Shown here: positions 1 through 12,400 of the stretch, in pieces
How positions within the stretch are numbered: the first letter of the stretch is position 1
Layout of the letters: each line of letters starts with the position of its first letter
Source: Amphiscolops sp. MND2022
Taxonomy: Eukaryota
NCBI GenBank assembly: GCA_964187785.1
Contig: OZ076409.1
Location: forward strand, 39,434,001 to 39,498,000
Length of the DNA: 64,000 nucleotides
Direction: 5' to 3'
Translations under genes and position numbers: made by a program
Notes under the pieces: model-generated
What the model saw: the letters and a program-made list of their open reading frames with translations, nothing else
Databases searched by the model: none
What the model was told of the DNA's origin: nothing

Positions 1-460
1 TGATGAATTTTTGCATATTCAATATGAAATAAAATATTATGCTTTAGGGAACGCGGGAGAGCCATTTTGTTGCAAAGAACAGAAAAAAGCGTCTCATGGG
101 AACTCATTCAAATTCAAATCTGGACCTGTTCCCTGCTTTAGGAGCCAGCACTCGAACCACTAGACCAACTACCAACTTCATCGGCTGCCCGATTTGTGTC
201 TGTCTTCAATCTGTCTACAAAAAATGACTTCAATATTAGAGTGTTATCAGTTTCGACAGAGATCACCGAATAAAAAAGGTGTCCAACCTGCAAGTGCACC
301 ATACTAATTTGAGAAAAAACTGCTAAAAATAGGGACTTCCAAAATTCAATCATCAATAATGTTTTTCTAAGGTCATTTCAGTGACTTTTTCTGTTGATTA
401 ATGTATTCATTTTGCAACCTAATCTAAATACTACATCTTTCTTTGTATTTTGAAGGAAAC

Positions 461-3400
461 GAAGATATTGCAGTACCCCTGCGCCTCTCGTTTCATGGCA
501 GTTAACTTACCAATGCTTCGAACTGTCATGTCACAAAGGATAAGTTTATCCGGAAACAAGAGGGTCTGGAGGCGTTGGAGGGTCAAGTTGTTGATGAAGT
601 GAAGTGGTGACGTCATGAGTTCGAAACTGGACACGAAAACAAGCCCGATGAAAACAGAGAGCGAGACGAAGATGTAGTCCAATTTGTGGCCGATGTACAT
701 TATCGCCATCACTACTCGACACTTGATTGGGCAAGGGAAAGAGCGCTAAAAATATGACTATTGTGTTTGTTACGACTTATTGAGCTTGCCTGGGCTCTTA
801 CCAACTGAGAAAGTAAGTACCAGTGGGCTGTTACCATCTGAGAAAGAGTTTGGTTCTCATTGCTTTTGTATTATTCATACTAGAAGTCAGAAAAGTTGTT
901 CACACAAACTGATGTGAAGAAATTCGAGTTGGATCGATTTAAGAAAATTGTTAAAAATCGAGTTTAAAAAACTGTTCACACCAACTTTTCTTTCAAGCAA
1001 AAGTTCCAGTTGGATCAACTGGTTTCCTGGAAAAATTGAAGCGACTGTTATGTTTGCAACATAGTGTGTCTCTTTTTTAGTCGGTATTTTCTTTTTTAAT
1101 TAAAAATCTATTAGTAGATAGAAATTAAATTAATGATTTTTTAAAAGCCACTCGAGCTCGCTGATTTTATATTGTGGAGGTTTCTTTACTACGTTGTCAG
1201 ACCATTGTGTGTTGGGTTTAGCATAAGGAACTGGTAAACAGGAGTATGTGGATTGAACCCGCACAGGGCTAAAAAAATTGTTTATAAAGCTAGACTAGAT
1301 CATTTGGGTTTTTCGGTACTGTGCAATATTTTCAGTAAAATCTTTTTTGAAAAAATAAAGTTCCAAAATTTTGAGCTGGTTGATGTTTCCATTTAAGAAA
1401 AACGTTCGTCGAATCTCGAGGGTGACCACTTCGTGTTTTTTTATTGTGCAGCTGATGCGAATTTTCTCAATGCTTGTGCTTGAGCATAATTCAAAGATTT
1501 TGGTCTTTTTGAACCGTAACCGGAGCGCTGACTTGGCCGTTGCGACTTGTTCTTCTATAGGTTTTTTGGTTTTGTCGCAACCTTTGTTCTTAAGATGGAT
1601 ACCGACTCCAACAATCCAATGATGGGCAAAATCATGCTTCTGTATTTTTTAGTCGGCGCTTCATGAAGTGAAACGCGAATATTATTGTGACTCTTTCATT
1701 TTTTTTCAATCCACACGAACTGACCAAAATAGTTCTCAAAAGTTCTACAAAATTTTACGGTCCGAAATTGAATCATTTAGCCTAGCGAACTGAACCAAAA
1801 AGGTTTTTCTTCTTTTTCTGCGTAACATACAATACCGGGAGAGACTAAAGGGTCCCCTTTTTTCGGCATTGTGAGACTTTTTTCATTTTTTTTCTGCCAA
1901 AGGGTCCCCTTCAATTTTTTGATGTTTTGCGACAGCATAGATTTTTAAAAATCCGAATTGTCCCGGCGTGCCAATTCGGCCAACTTTCGTACTGTAAAAG
2001 AATACTTGACACTTTCAGGTACTGCAAAAGAATACTTGACACTTTGACGTCCTTTTGCTATTTTTGAGCCTTAGATATGGCGCCGACTTATGCCGATCCC
2101 GGCTTGTTAAATGTTTTAGCGGGTGATTTTGAAAAACCTAAATGAACTCTTTCCTAACAAGAAACCAATAATGAGAAGATTTACCAGCTCTAAGTAATGT
2201 AGAGGCTTTACGATGTCCCGGGGTAAAGAGCTGAGCCTCGAGCACAAAGCCCCAGAGGCAGCTCTTACTACCTCGGACATGTCACTACTATTCTCAGATC
2301 AATGTAGAGAAATGTATTTTTCGTTCTATCAATTTTTATAACCAAATGAAGTGTGAACGTATCGTGCCTGAAATAGGACACTTCCAAACCGGCAATCAAT
2401 CGCCTGCTTCTATTTTTTCCTGGCCAGGGAATAGATTAACAAAGAGAAAACAAAAGTTGAAAGACTTTAAAGTGATACCCTACAAAATCAAATAGCGACA
2501 CTATTTTCATAGAAGCTCACTTTTTGAAGAAAAAATATCGAAATTGGTAGATTTTTTTTCAAAAATTTTAGAATTAAAAGTGGAGTACCAACAAAAGGAT
2601 TCATTGGTCCATTTCCAAATTTTTTCTTTAATTTTTTAAATTCTCCGATTATTTTGATTGCTGGTAATGTCAAAATTCTCGGTACAAGTTGTTGGCGCCA
2701 TACCATCATAATTCAAATTGAATACTTTTGGTTTTCGGTCAAGCATATAAAGTATCTATCAAATGAAGGAACTCCGATCCGATATTTAATTAGAATGTTT
2801 GAGCCAAATATATATCTAATCAAAATTGTATAAATTTGACGTGGAAATGAAAATTAATGTGATGTTAAACGGATGTAAACTTTCACACGAACAACAATCA
2901 ATAACTTCGAAAACGAGAAGCGAGAATTCTTCAATTGGACAAGTTGTTCCAACTGTATGAGAAAAGTAACCAAGTTATAGATTGATTGTTCAGAAGCAGG
3001 TTTCCGAGCGTGTTATTATTTTCGAAATTTACCATTATTGGATTTTTATTTTGATTGTAATTATTGCGGAATACTGGTAAAAAGATACGGAAAAAAGATT
3101 ATTTGAAGTTACCAAATGATGTTTCCTATTCCTGGCTAAAATTGAGTGCCGAAAGACGAAAAAAAGGCTTCCAGTACCAAAATATTACAAAGAAAATAGA
3201 GACAAAAAACTGGTAATTTTGATTAAGAGAAAGTATGATAGTATTTTGGTGCTCTTAAACGGATTCGCCGAGTCCATGAGGTATCACAGAATCCAAATTT
3301 GAGAATTCCAAATGCGTTATCATATATTTAAAGATTCCGTCCAAAGAAATCTTTTAATTGCTGATTCACAAGCGAAATATTTAGATTTCGCGAACTTCAA

Positions 3401-6400
3401 TATTTTATCCATGCCTGGTGCGAAAGTTCACGACGTTTATAATTTCATTCCACGAGTTAGTCGCTTCGATATTATAGTACTTTTCGTCGGAGGAAACGAT
3501 CTTTTCCAAGGTAAATCACCCTCTAAAGTTAGTTTGGAAGAGGTTGCGGACAAAATAAGTGACCTTGCTAACGTTTTAAAAAGCAAAGCTGATAAAGTGT
3601 TTGTGCTGGGAATTCCTCCTCGTCACAATCAAAGAGAACGCACCAGTGCAGTAAACAAACTGCTATCTAATCGAAAGGAAGACTGGGCGTTTCGAGGAGT
3701 GGAAAAGAAGGGTCTACAAAGTAACTCAATTGAAAGAAGACAAAGTGCATTTGAACAAAGAATCCATCGGAAGCATTTGTTTTATTCTAAAAAGCAAAAT
3801 ACTTAGAAGTGCTTTTGACGCTGAATTGGACCGACAAGGTCATCCAAGAATTTACGAGTGCTCTGGACGTTGTCATTGTGGTTGCTGGAAACAATCAGGG
3901 CGGGCGTAAAGACATTGTTATTCGAAGAAGTAATCACAAACAGGTCAGCCCTTAAATTTGGTGCCGCGACCCGGGAACTATCGCAAGCAATGGCATCCGG
4001 AGGTACTATCGACCACAAGGTAATGACGGTATACAAAGGAGGCACTCTTCAACGAATGCCATTCACAGAAGCACTGAAGAGTTCATCAGCTGTGACTGCA
4101 TGGAATGACCATGAAGAAAGGTTCACAAAACATTTGGAAGCGATAAGAGCTGTCAATGAGGAATTTCAACGTCTCCAAGGAAAAGAATGGACTACGTTTT
4201 CCAAAACATCTGACCTTGGCAAACTCTTTTATGAGTACATTCTCGCTAAGGAAGCTTTCGACAAAGAGTTTAGTTTTGGCCTGCCAATGTTGAAGGAAAA
4301 GTACGTCGCGGAGCGTACAAAAGTGAAAACAGATTTAGAACAGGAAATTAAAGAGATGCTAAGCAACTGGGCACAAAACCACCCGCTAGTGCATGGACTC
4401 CACAACGTGCTAGTCGCTCTGAGGAGTCGTAACGACTATTCAAAGTATTGCCGACTTTCAGATCAGTGGTGGAAACATAAGAGCGAATTCGAAAAACAGA
4501 AAAAAGCAATTGATGACCTAATTCAAGAATCAGCTCGATCAACCCGAGTAAGTTCCGCCGTACCCAAACTCCATGAAATCAAATCGGCATTAGACCTGGT
4601 TTTCGATTCACAGCGGTCACTAATCAAACCTGAGAGTGTAGCAACGACACTAGCTCATAGAGGGAAGGAATTGAAGGAAATTGATTCTGCAGGAAAGCAC
4701 AGTGGAGTGGATTGCTTATGTAGAAAATCCCGACATGCAAGAACAAAAGGATGAGGAAGCTGAGGCTGATCAACCTAAAGCAGAGAAATTGTCCAAAACC
4801 CAGGACGAATCGGCGCTGAAAGACTCAACAGTTGTTGCAGCCAGAATTCCCGATGTCAAGAGAAGGGACCCATTGGAAAAACTTGATCGTGGCTTGGAAC
4901 TTCTCCAAGACGCCAACAACTCAACTTTGTTCGATGATTTGTCAAATAGTAGAGGTAACTCGAACTCGAATGTTGTTGGCGACGCTCCCCATTCGGCCAA
5001 CATCGGCGACCGGCCGCATGCTGATAAATTGTTGCCCAGGTATGAGCCAAAAACAGAATCCTCCAAATCACATACAATCCATAGGACGGATAAACGTTCT
5101 AACGCTTCGCGTTTGAGTGAAAAACAACGATTAACTATTCAAGCTACCATTCTAGAAGCAGAGTCCCGCTTAGAGCTGGAGGAAAAGGAACGAGAAATAG
5201 CAGTGAGGAAAAAGATGAGAGAACAAGAACTGGCAGAAATGCAAGAACGGAATGAACTTGAATCTCTCAGGAAGAAGCAAATGTTACGAAAAACGAAGTT
5301 GCAAGCTAGAATTGACATTGCAGACGCTCAATCGACCGCTAGTTCCATCAAATCGACAGATAGCGAATCTGCACCGTTGACATGGAAGAACGAAGGGGAA
5401 GATCAATTCAGCAAATGGCTGGACCAGCAGGTTCTTGATCGAACGTCGGAGATATCTAGCAAAGTTTTGCACCTTAGCCTTGACCAAACTCGTCCTACTT
5501 CAGTTAAGGAGGAGAACCCGTTCTTCCATGTAAGTGGTTCTCGAAGCAGCCGACGGGACGGTTCTCCAGAGAAAATATTGTGTTCTCAAATGCAACGTGA
5601 GAGGAGCTTGAGTCAGTCCAAAACCAACAAAAGGGAGACCAAACCTAACCTTTTCCAGAACAAAAAGGATACGATAAACCCAAAGTTAGAGTATACCCAA
5701 CCCTCGAACTATCAACTTCAACCACTGCCGCACCCAACTGTGGGTCTAACGCCACAGACGCAGTGGATGTAGCCAGTTTCCAGTCTACCCAAACTCAAAC
5801 TGAAAGAATTCTTCGGCGATCCTTTGGAATGGCCAGAATGGTCTAGTCTTTTCAATGCCGTCGTACACAATGCGCCGATTGACGATAACACAAAAATGAG
5901 TCACCTGAAGACACTGGTGAAAGACAGAGCTAAAGCAGCAATAGCTGGATTTGGCTATTCAGGAGCTTTGAACCATACGGCTTGGCAAACTCTTGAACGA
6001 AATTTTGGAAGACCTCAGTCGTTAGTTAATGCTCAAATGAGACAAATATATCAATTTCCTTTTATCAAATCACATGACTCGACAGCAATTATTAAATACT
6101 CTCAACTCATTGCGACTTGTGTTAGCGTTTTGAATTAGTACGGTTTTACAGGCGATCTTTGTTCCGAATCCGTTTTAAGTGCTGCTGTTCGCAAGCTGCC
6201 GCCTGAACTCAAAACAAAATGGCTGTTTCACGCCATGGGAAGATGTTATCTGACAGCTAATCTCAGCAAATTCTCGGAGTGGCTCAATGAAGTGGCGAAT
6301 GTACATGATGAACTTTTAGTTCAGTACCGCTCAAATACTGATAAGAAGAGTGCATCTCAGGGAGAGAAAGCTAGGAGTTCAGGTACAGTGCTAACAACAA

Positions 6401-9400
6401 CTTTCACAAACAAGGAGAAACAAGGTCAAGTGAAGAGCTCAAAATCGGATTGGAAGACTTGTCCGTTGAACGATGGCGAGCATAAAATTTGGGGTTGTGA
6501 TAAGTTCAAAAGACAAACTCCCACTGACAGATACGAAACAGTAAATAAACTCAAACTTTGCTTTTGTTGCCTCAATACACACCTGATTAAAGACTGCAAG
6601 AGTGAAAGGAAGTGTGGATTCAATGGCTGTATTAAAAAACACAACAGACTTTTACATGTCGAACCTATAGAAACTAAAGAATCTGCTAATACTGCAATAG
6701 AAAACAAAGCTAGTTCATCAGCAGTTTTGGCTACGGGCTCTAGTGGAGTTCTGCAGCTTGTTCCAATCAGAGTTCGCAATTCGAATCTTGAAGTCCATAC
6801 GACAGCTCTGTTGGACACAGGATCAACCGTCTCGTTTATTGATGAAAAAATAAAGTCTCAGCTCAAATTGTCCGGTGACGCTACGACAATGACAATCGCT
6901 GGCATCCATGGAATGTCAGAAATGTCTACAGAAAAGGTAACTGCAGAAATTGCGCCATTTGTGTTTGATAAAAAAGGCCACGAAATCACATTTTGCACAC
7001 ATCCTGAATTGAATGTTGGTGATAGAGAGTACAATTTTCCCAAATTGAAGATACAATACGAACACTTGACGGATCTACCAGACAAAATAATGGCCATGAA
7101 AGATGTTAAAGTAATTTTGGGACAAGATGTTTACCTTTTAATTCGACCTTTAGAATACAAGACAGGCGGTCGAAATGAACCTTGGGCAGTTAAAACAGAG
7201 CTCGGTTGGACCTTGAGTGGCCCATTGCCCAAGTCGGAAACCAATCATTTGGTTGTGTCTTGTAACCTAGCCAATAACAATGACAATGAAAAATTGACAA
7301 GTCAAATCAAAAGATGGTGGGATATGGAAACATACGCCTCCCTTTGCAACAACAGTGGAAGATCTAAACAAGATGAAAGAGCATTCGACATTCTGAAACG
7401 GTCAACTAGACACAATGGAGAAAGATACGAGGTGGGATTGCTTTGGGCTGAAGTTTCTCCCGATCTGCCAAATAATTATAGCTCGGCTCTTCAACAGTTA
7501 GTTCTTCTCACTAGAAAAACGATTGGACAAGGACAAAGATTTGAAGGATGCATATCAGAAAACCGTTCAAAAGGATTTGGAGAATGGATTTATCAGAGTC
7601 ATCGATAAACATGAGTTTTTACAAACCGAAAACAATCTTCAATGGTACTTACCACATCATCCTGTGAAGCATCCACACAAACCAGGTAAGGTTAGACGCG
7701 TCTGTAATGCTGCGTCTAAATTTAAAGGCACCTCGTTGAATGACAAGTTGCTGACGGGACCGGATTTGCTTCGAAGTCTCATTGGAATAATTTTTCGATT
7801 CCGTGAACATGAGGTGGCCATTAACGCTGACATCGAATCAATGTTCCTACAAGTTGGAGTACCAGTCGAGGACTGCTGAGTGCTACGTTTTTTATGGCGC
7901 AAAAACGATAAAGAGCCTTTGCACGTGTATGAATACAGTCGTCATGTTTTTGGCTCCAAGGATTCACCTACTTGTGCCAATTACGCTTTGCAACAGGCTG
8001 GGAAAGATTTCAAAGATGAATTCCCCAAGGCTTCGGAAATGATTGAACGGAATTTTTATATGGACGACTTGGTCAAGAGTGTTTCAAATATTCAAGACGC
8101 CCAAGAGCATTACAGACAAATTGTGTCAGTAATGTCCAAGAGTGGGTTTGCTCTGAAAAAGTGGGCCAGTAACAAGCCAGAGGTTCTGGAAAGAATTCCG
8201 GAAGAAGACTGCGCAGTATCTGACATTGTTTCACTGGACTCTGAACATGAAACGTCCTCAATCCTCGGCTTGGAGTGGATTATCTCAAAAGACATTCTGC
8301 GGGGTTCTGATGTAGAGGTTCTGATAGACAAATACCTGAACATGTGACTCAGCGGACTACTTTATCATTTGTTTCCTCGGTATTTGACCCATTGGGACTA
8401 TTAGCGCCATTTACCATGAGAATGAGAATTTTATTGAGAAGCATATGGATTCAATACGGACAGAGATGGGATGAGTCAGTTTCCAATGAAGAAAGGGCTT
8501 GCTTTTTAGCATGGGATACGGAGCTTACTTCAATGCGACAAGTAAAACTAAACAGACATTACTTTATGAGTCTACCGGGGCACATGGAGCTGCATATTTT
8601 TAGTGATGCTAGTTTGGAGGCAATGGCTATCGTTGCATACATTCGTTATCAACAAAAGACTGGGAGCGAAGTATCGTTCATTCTAGGAAAAAGCCGCATT
8701 GCTCCCATGAAACAATTGTCGATTCCCGGGTTGGAACTTCAAGCGGCAATGTATGGAGTTCGACTACGAAAGCTCATTTGCTCAGAGCATGACCTCAAGT
8801 TTGAAAGTATTTATCACTGGACAGACTCCGAGACTGTCTTACAGTGGCTGAAAAGTGCCCATCAGAAGCAAGTCGTTTTTGTTGCCAATCGAGTCTCAGA
8901 AATACTTGAAGATACAACAATAGACGAGTGGCAACATGTTAGAGGGGAACTGAATCCCGCTGATATTGGCACTCGAGGTATTTCCCTTGAGAATCTCACG
9001 AAGTCAGAGTGGTTAACAGGGCCGGCATGGTTGAAACTACCAATTGAAGAATGGCCTGTTACTTCACTGGGCGTGGACGAAGTCACACCGAGTATGGGCG
9101 AAATGGAATCCATATTCGTTACGCAGAAAAGAGATTTGATAGCTTGGGATCGATTCAGCAGTTTCCCTAAAATTCAACGTGTTATTGCGTTTTGCTTAAG
9201 ATTTAGGAGTAAGACGAATACCAGTTATTTATCGGTCGATGAATTAAAAAATTCGAGAAAAGTTCTCATCAAACTTGTTCAAAGGGAGCTTTTCCCGGAA
9301 ACTTTTGCAAACTTACAAAAAGGTGCAGAGGGTAAAACTGATGGCAACCTAAAGAAATTCACGCCTTTTTTTGACGATTTTGGTTTGATCAGGGCTCAAG

Positions 9401-12400
9401 GAAGACTGGAGTATGCAAAAAACCTTAGTTTTAGTCAACGACATCCTATTTTATTGTGCTCAACTCATCCAGTGGTGAAATTATTGTTATTGCAAGCGCA
9501 TATTGACAATTTGCACGAGGGAGTGGAATATGTGCGGAATGTGATCCAGCAAAAATTTTGTGTTCTTGGTTTACGTAATGCATTGAGAAAAATTAAGGGA
9601 AGTTGTGTGGACTGCAGAAAATTCCGGTCTGCAGTGAAACAACCTTTCATGGCGGATTTACCTCCTGAAAGATTAGACTTTCAAGCCCATCCTTTTACTA
9701 ACACTGGCATAGACTATTTTGGTCCCTTTGAAGTGAAAATGCTGCGAAGAACCATGAAGCGATGGTGTTGTCTTTTCACCTGTCTAACAACGCGTGCGGT
9801 TCACATTGAAGTAGTCAGAAGTCTCGATGCAGACTCTTGCATGGCAGCAATTGTGCGCTTTATTTCGAGGCGTGGCAAATCCAAGACTATAGTGAGCGAT
9901 AATGGCTCAAATTTTGTCGGCTCCGCTAGGGAGCTTCGGGAGTATATTGACTCGTGGAACAAAAGTCAAATGGGAGAAAGTTTGGCATCGAAAGGAATTA
10001 TTTGGAAATTAAACCCTCCCAGTGCCCCTCATTTTGGAGGTGTTTGGGAACGCTTGGTACGGAGCTGCAAGAAAGCTATGTTTGCTATCCTGGGTTCCCG
10101 ATCCTTAACCGATGAAACTCTCATTACTACAATGTGTCTTGTCGAGCAAACACTTAATGCAAGGCCATTAACGGCGGTGAGTGATGACCCAGCAGATCTT
10201 GAAGCACTGACCCCAAATCATTTTCTACTGGGTCGATCAAACGTCGCGGTTCCTTTTATTCCTAACGCCGAATTGTATGCTAACCACAGAAAAATATTCA
10301 AATCATCGCAAGCTTATGCCGACATGATATGGAAACGTTGGACAAATGAATATTTACCCCAATGGAATTCAAGAAGTAAATGGTATTCGAAACAAGAGAA
10401 AAATTTATCCGCTGGTGATTTTGTGTGGTTAGTGGAAGATAACATGAAAAGATCTCACTACCAAATGACTCGAATTATAGAAGTCTATCCTGGAAGAGAT
10501 GGCTATATGAGATCTGCTCTGATCAAAACAGCTACTGGACAGTGCAAAAGACCCGTGGTGAAGTTGGCGCCAGTTTTCAAAGAAGAGTGTTTTCCTATGG
10601 AAAACAGGGCCGGCGATGTTGGCGCCATACCATCATAATTCAAATTGAATACTTTTGGTTTTCGGTCAAGCATTTAAAGTATCTATCATATGAAGGAACT
10701 CCGATCCGATATTTAATTAGAATGTTTGAGCCAAATATATATCTAATCAAAATTGTATAAATTTGACGTGGTAATGAAAATTAATGTGATGTTAAACGGA
10801 TGTAAAATTTCACACGAACAACAATCAATAACTTCGAAAACGAGAAGCGAGAATTCTTAAATTGGACAAGTTGTTCCAACCGTATGAGAAAAGTAACCAA
10901 GTTATAGATTGATTGTTCAGAAGCAGGTTTCCGAGCGTGCTATTATTTTCGAAATTTACCATTATTGGATTTTTATTTTGATTGTAATTATTGCGGAATA
11001 CTGGTAAAAAGATACGGAAAAAAGATTATTTGAAGTTACCAAATGATGTTTCCTATTCCTGGCTAAAATTGAGTGCCAAAAGACGAAAAAAAAGCTTCCA
11101 GTACCAAAATATTACAAAGAAAATAGAGACAAAAAACTGGTAATTTTGATTAACAGAAAGTATGATAGTATTTTGGTGCTCTTAAACGGATTCGCCGAGT
11201 CCATGAGGTATCACAGAATCCAAATTTGAGAATTCCAAATGCGTTATCATATATTTAAAGATTCCGTCCAAAGAAATCTTTTAATTGCTGATTCACAAGC
11301 GAAATATTTAGATTTCGCGAACTTCAATATTTTATCCATGCCTGGTGCGAAAGTTCACGACGTTTATAATTTCATTCCACGAGTTAGTCGCTTCGATATT
11401 ATAGTACTTTTCGTCGGAGGAAACGATCTTTTCTAAGGTAAATCACCCTCTAAAGTTAGTTTGGAAGAGGTTGCGAACAAAATAAGTGACCTTGCTAACG
11501 TTTTAAAAAGCAAAGCTGATAAAGTGTTTGTGCTGGGAATTCCTCCTCGTCACAATCAAAGAGAACGCACCATTGCAGTAAACAAACTGCTATCTAATCG
11601 AAAGGAAGACTGGGCGTTTCGAGGATTGGAAAAGAGGGTCTACAAAGTAACTCATTTGAAAGAAGACAAAGTGCATTTGAACAAAGAATCCATCGGAAGC
11701 ATTTGTTTTATTCTAAAAAGCAAAATACTTAGAAGTGCTTTTGACGCTGAATTGGACCGACAAGGTCATCCAAGAATTTACGAGTGCTCTGGACGTTGTC
11801 ATTGTGGTTCCTGGAAACAATCAGGGCGGGCGTAAAGACATTGTTATTCGAAGAAGTAATCACAAACAGGTCAGCCCTTAAAAAGTCTCAAGCAGCGCGC
11901 GCTAATCAATAAAGTTCGTATAACTTACTTTCACGGAGTGTTTAATAAAATCAGAAAAAAGTATTACAAAAAGTGCATCGATAGTTCCTGTTTTGGGTAA
12001 GCACATATCTGTCAACACCAAGAGATATCATCAATTAGATGAGATTTTACTTGAGAACATTGTTTACACAAAATACAGAGAATTGAGCGAATGTAACGAG
12101 AAAAAAATCTGCATTAACGAATTTCGCTCACTTGTTTGGTCTTGGTGTCAAGGTACAATCCTATCTGGTGAGCAGCGCACTTGGCAGTCTTACTGAAGAT
12201 CTCGCTGCTCAGGTTGCTTGCTTCGTTGTCCATCGTGTTCTTCAGCAGCGTCACATTCAGACCAAAACTCCTCACAAGCATCTTCAATCCAAACATTGGA
12301 AGGCAAAACAGGAGACCTCAAAAAGTATTTTGGGAGACATCAAAAAACATGAAATCATCTAATGAATGAAGCTCTCACAGCTACAACGTAAAATTCTAAT

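Larger units (their letters stand above)
2690..11882 (+). mobile_element. Bel/Pao LTR retrotransposon, full length, coding region decayed
   Basis: Two ~1.27 kb LTRs (~17 differences by eye), AAGT duplication (2686-2689, 11883-11886), PBS, PPT, and gag-PR-RT-RH-IN domain order with Bel/Pao motifs. Confidence 0.96.

Noticed and set aside
3990..10638. Many coding lesions despite ~99% identical LTRs
   Set aside because: About six lesions in 6.6 kb is compatible with neutral decay at ~1.3% LTR divergence.
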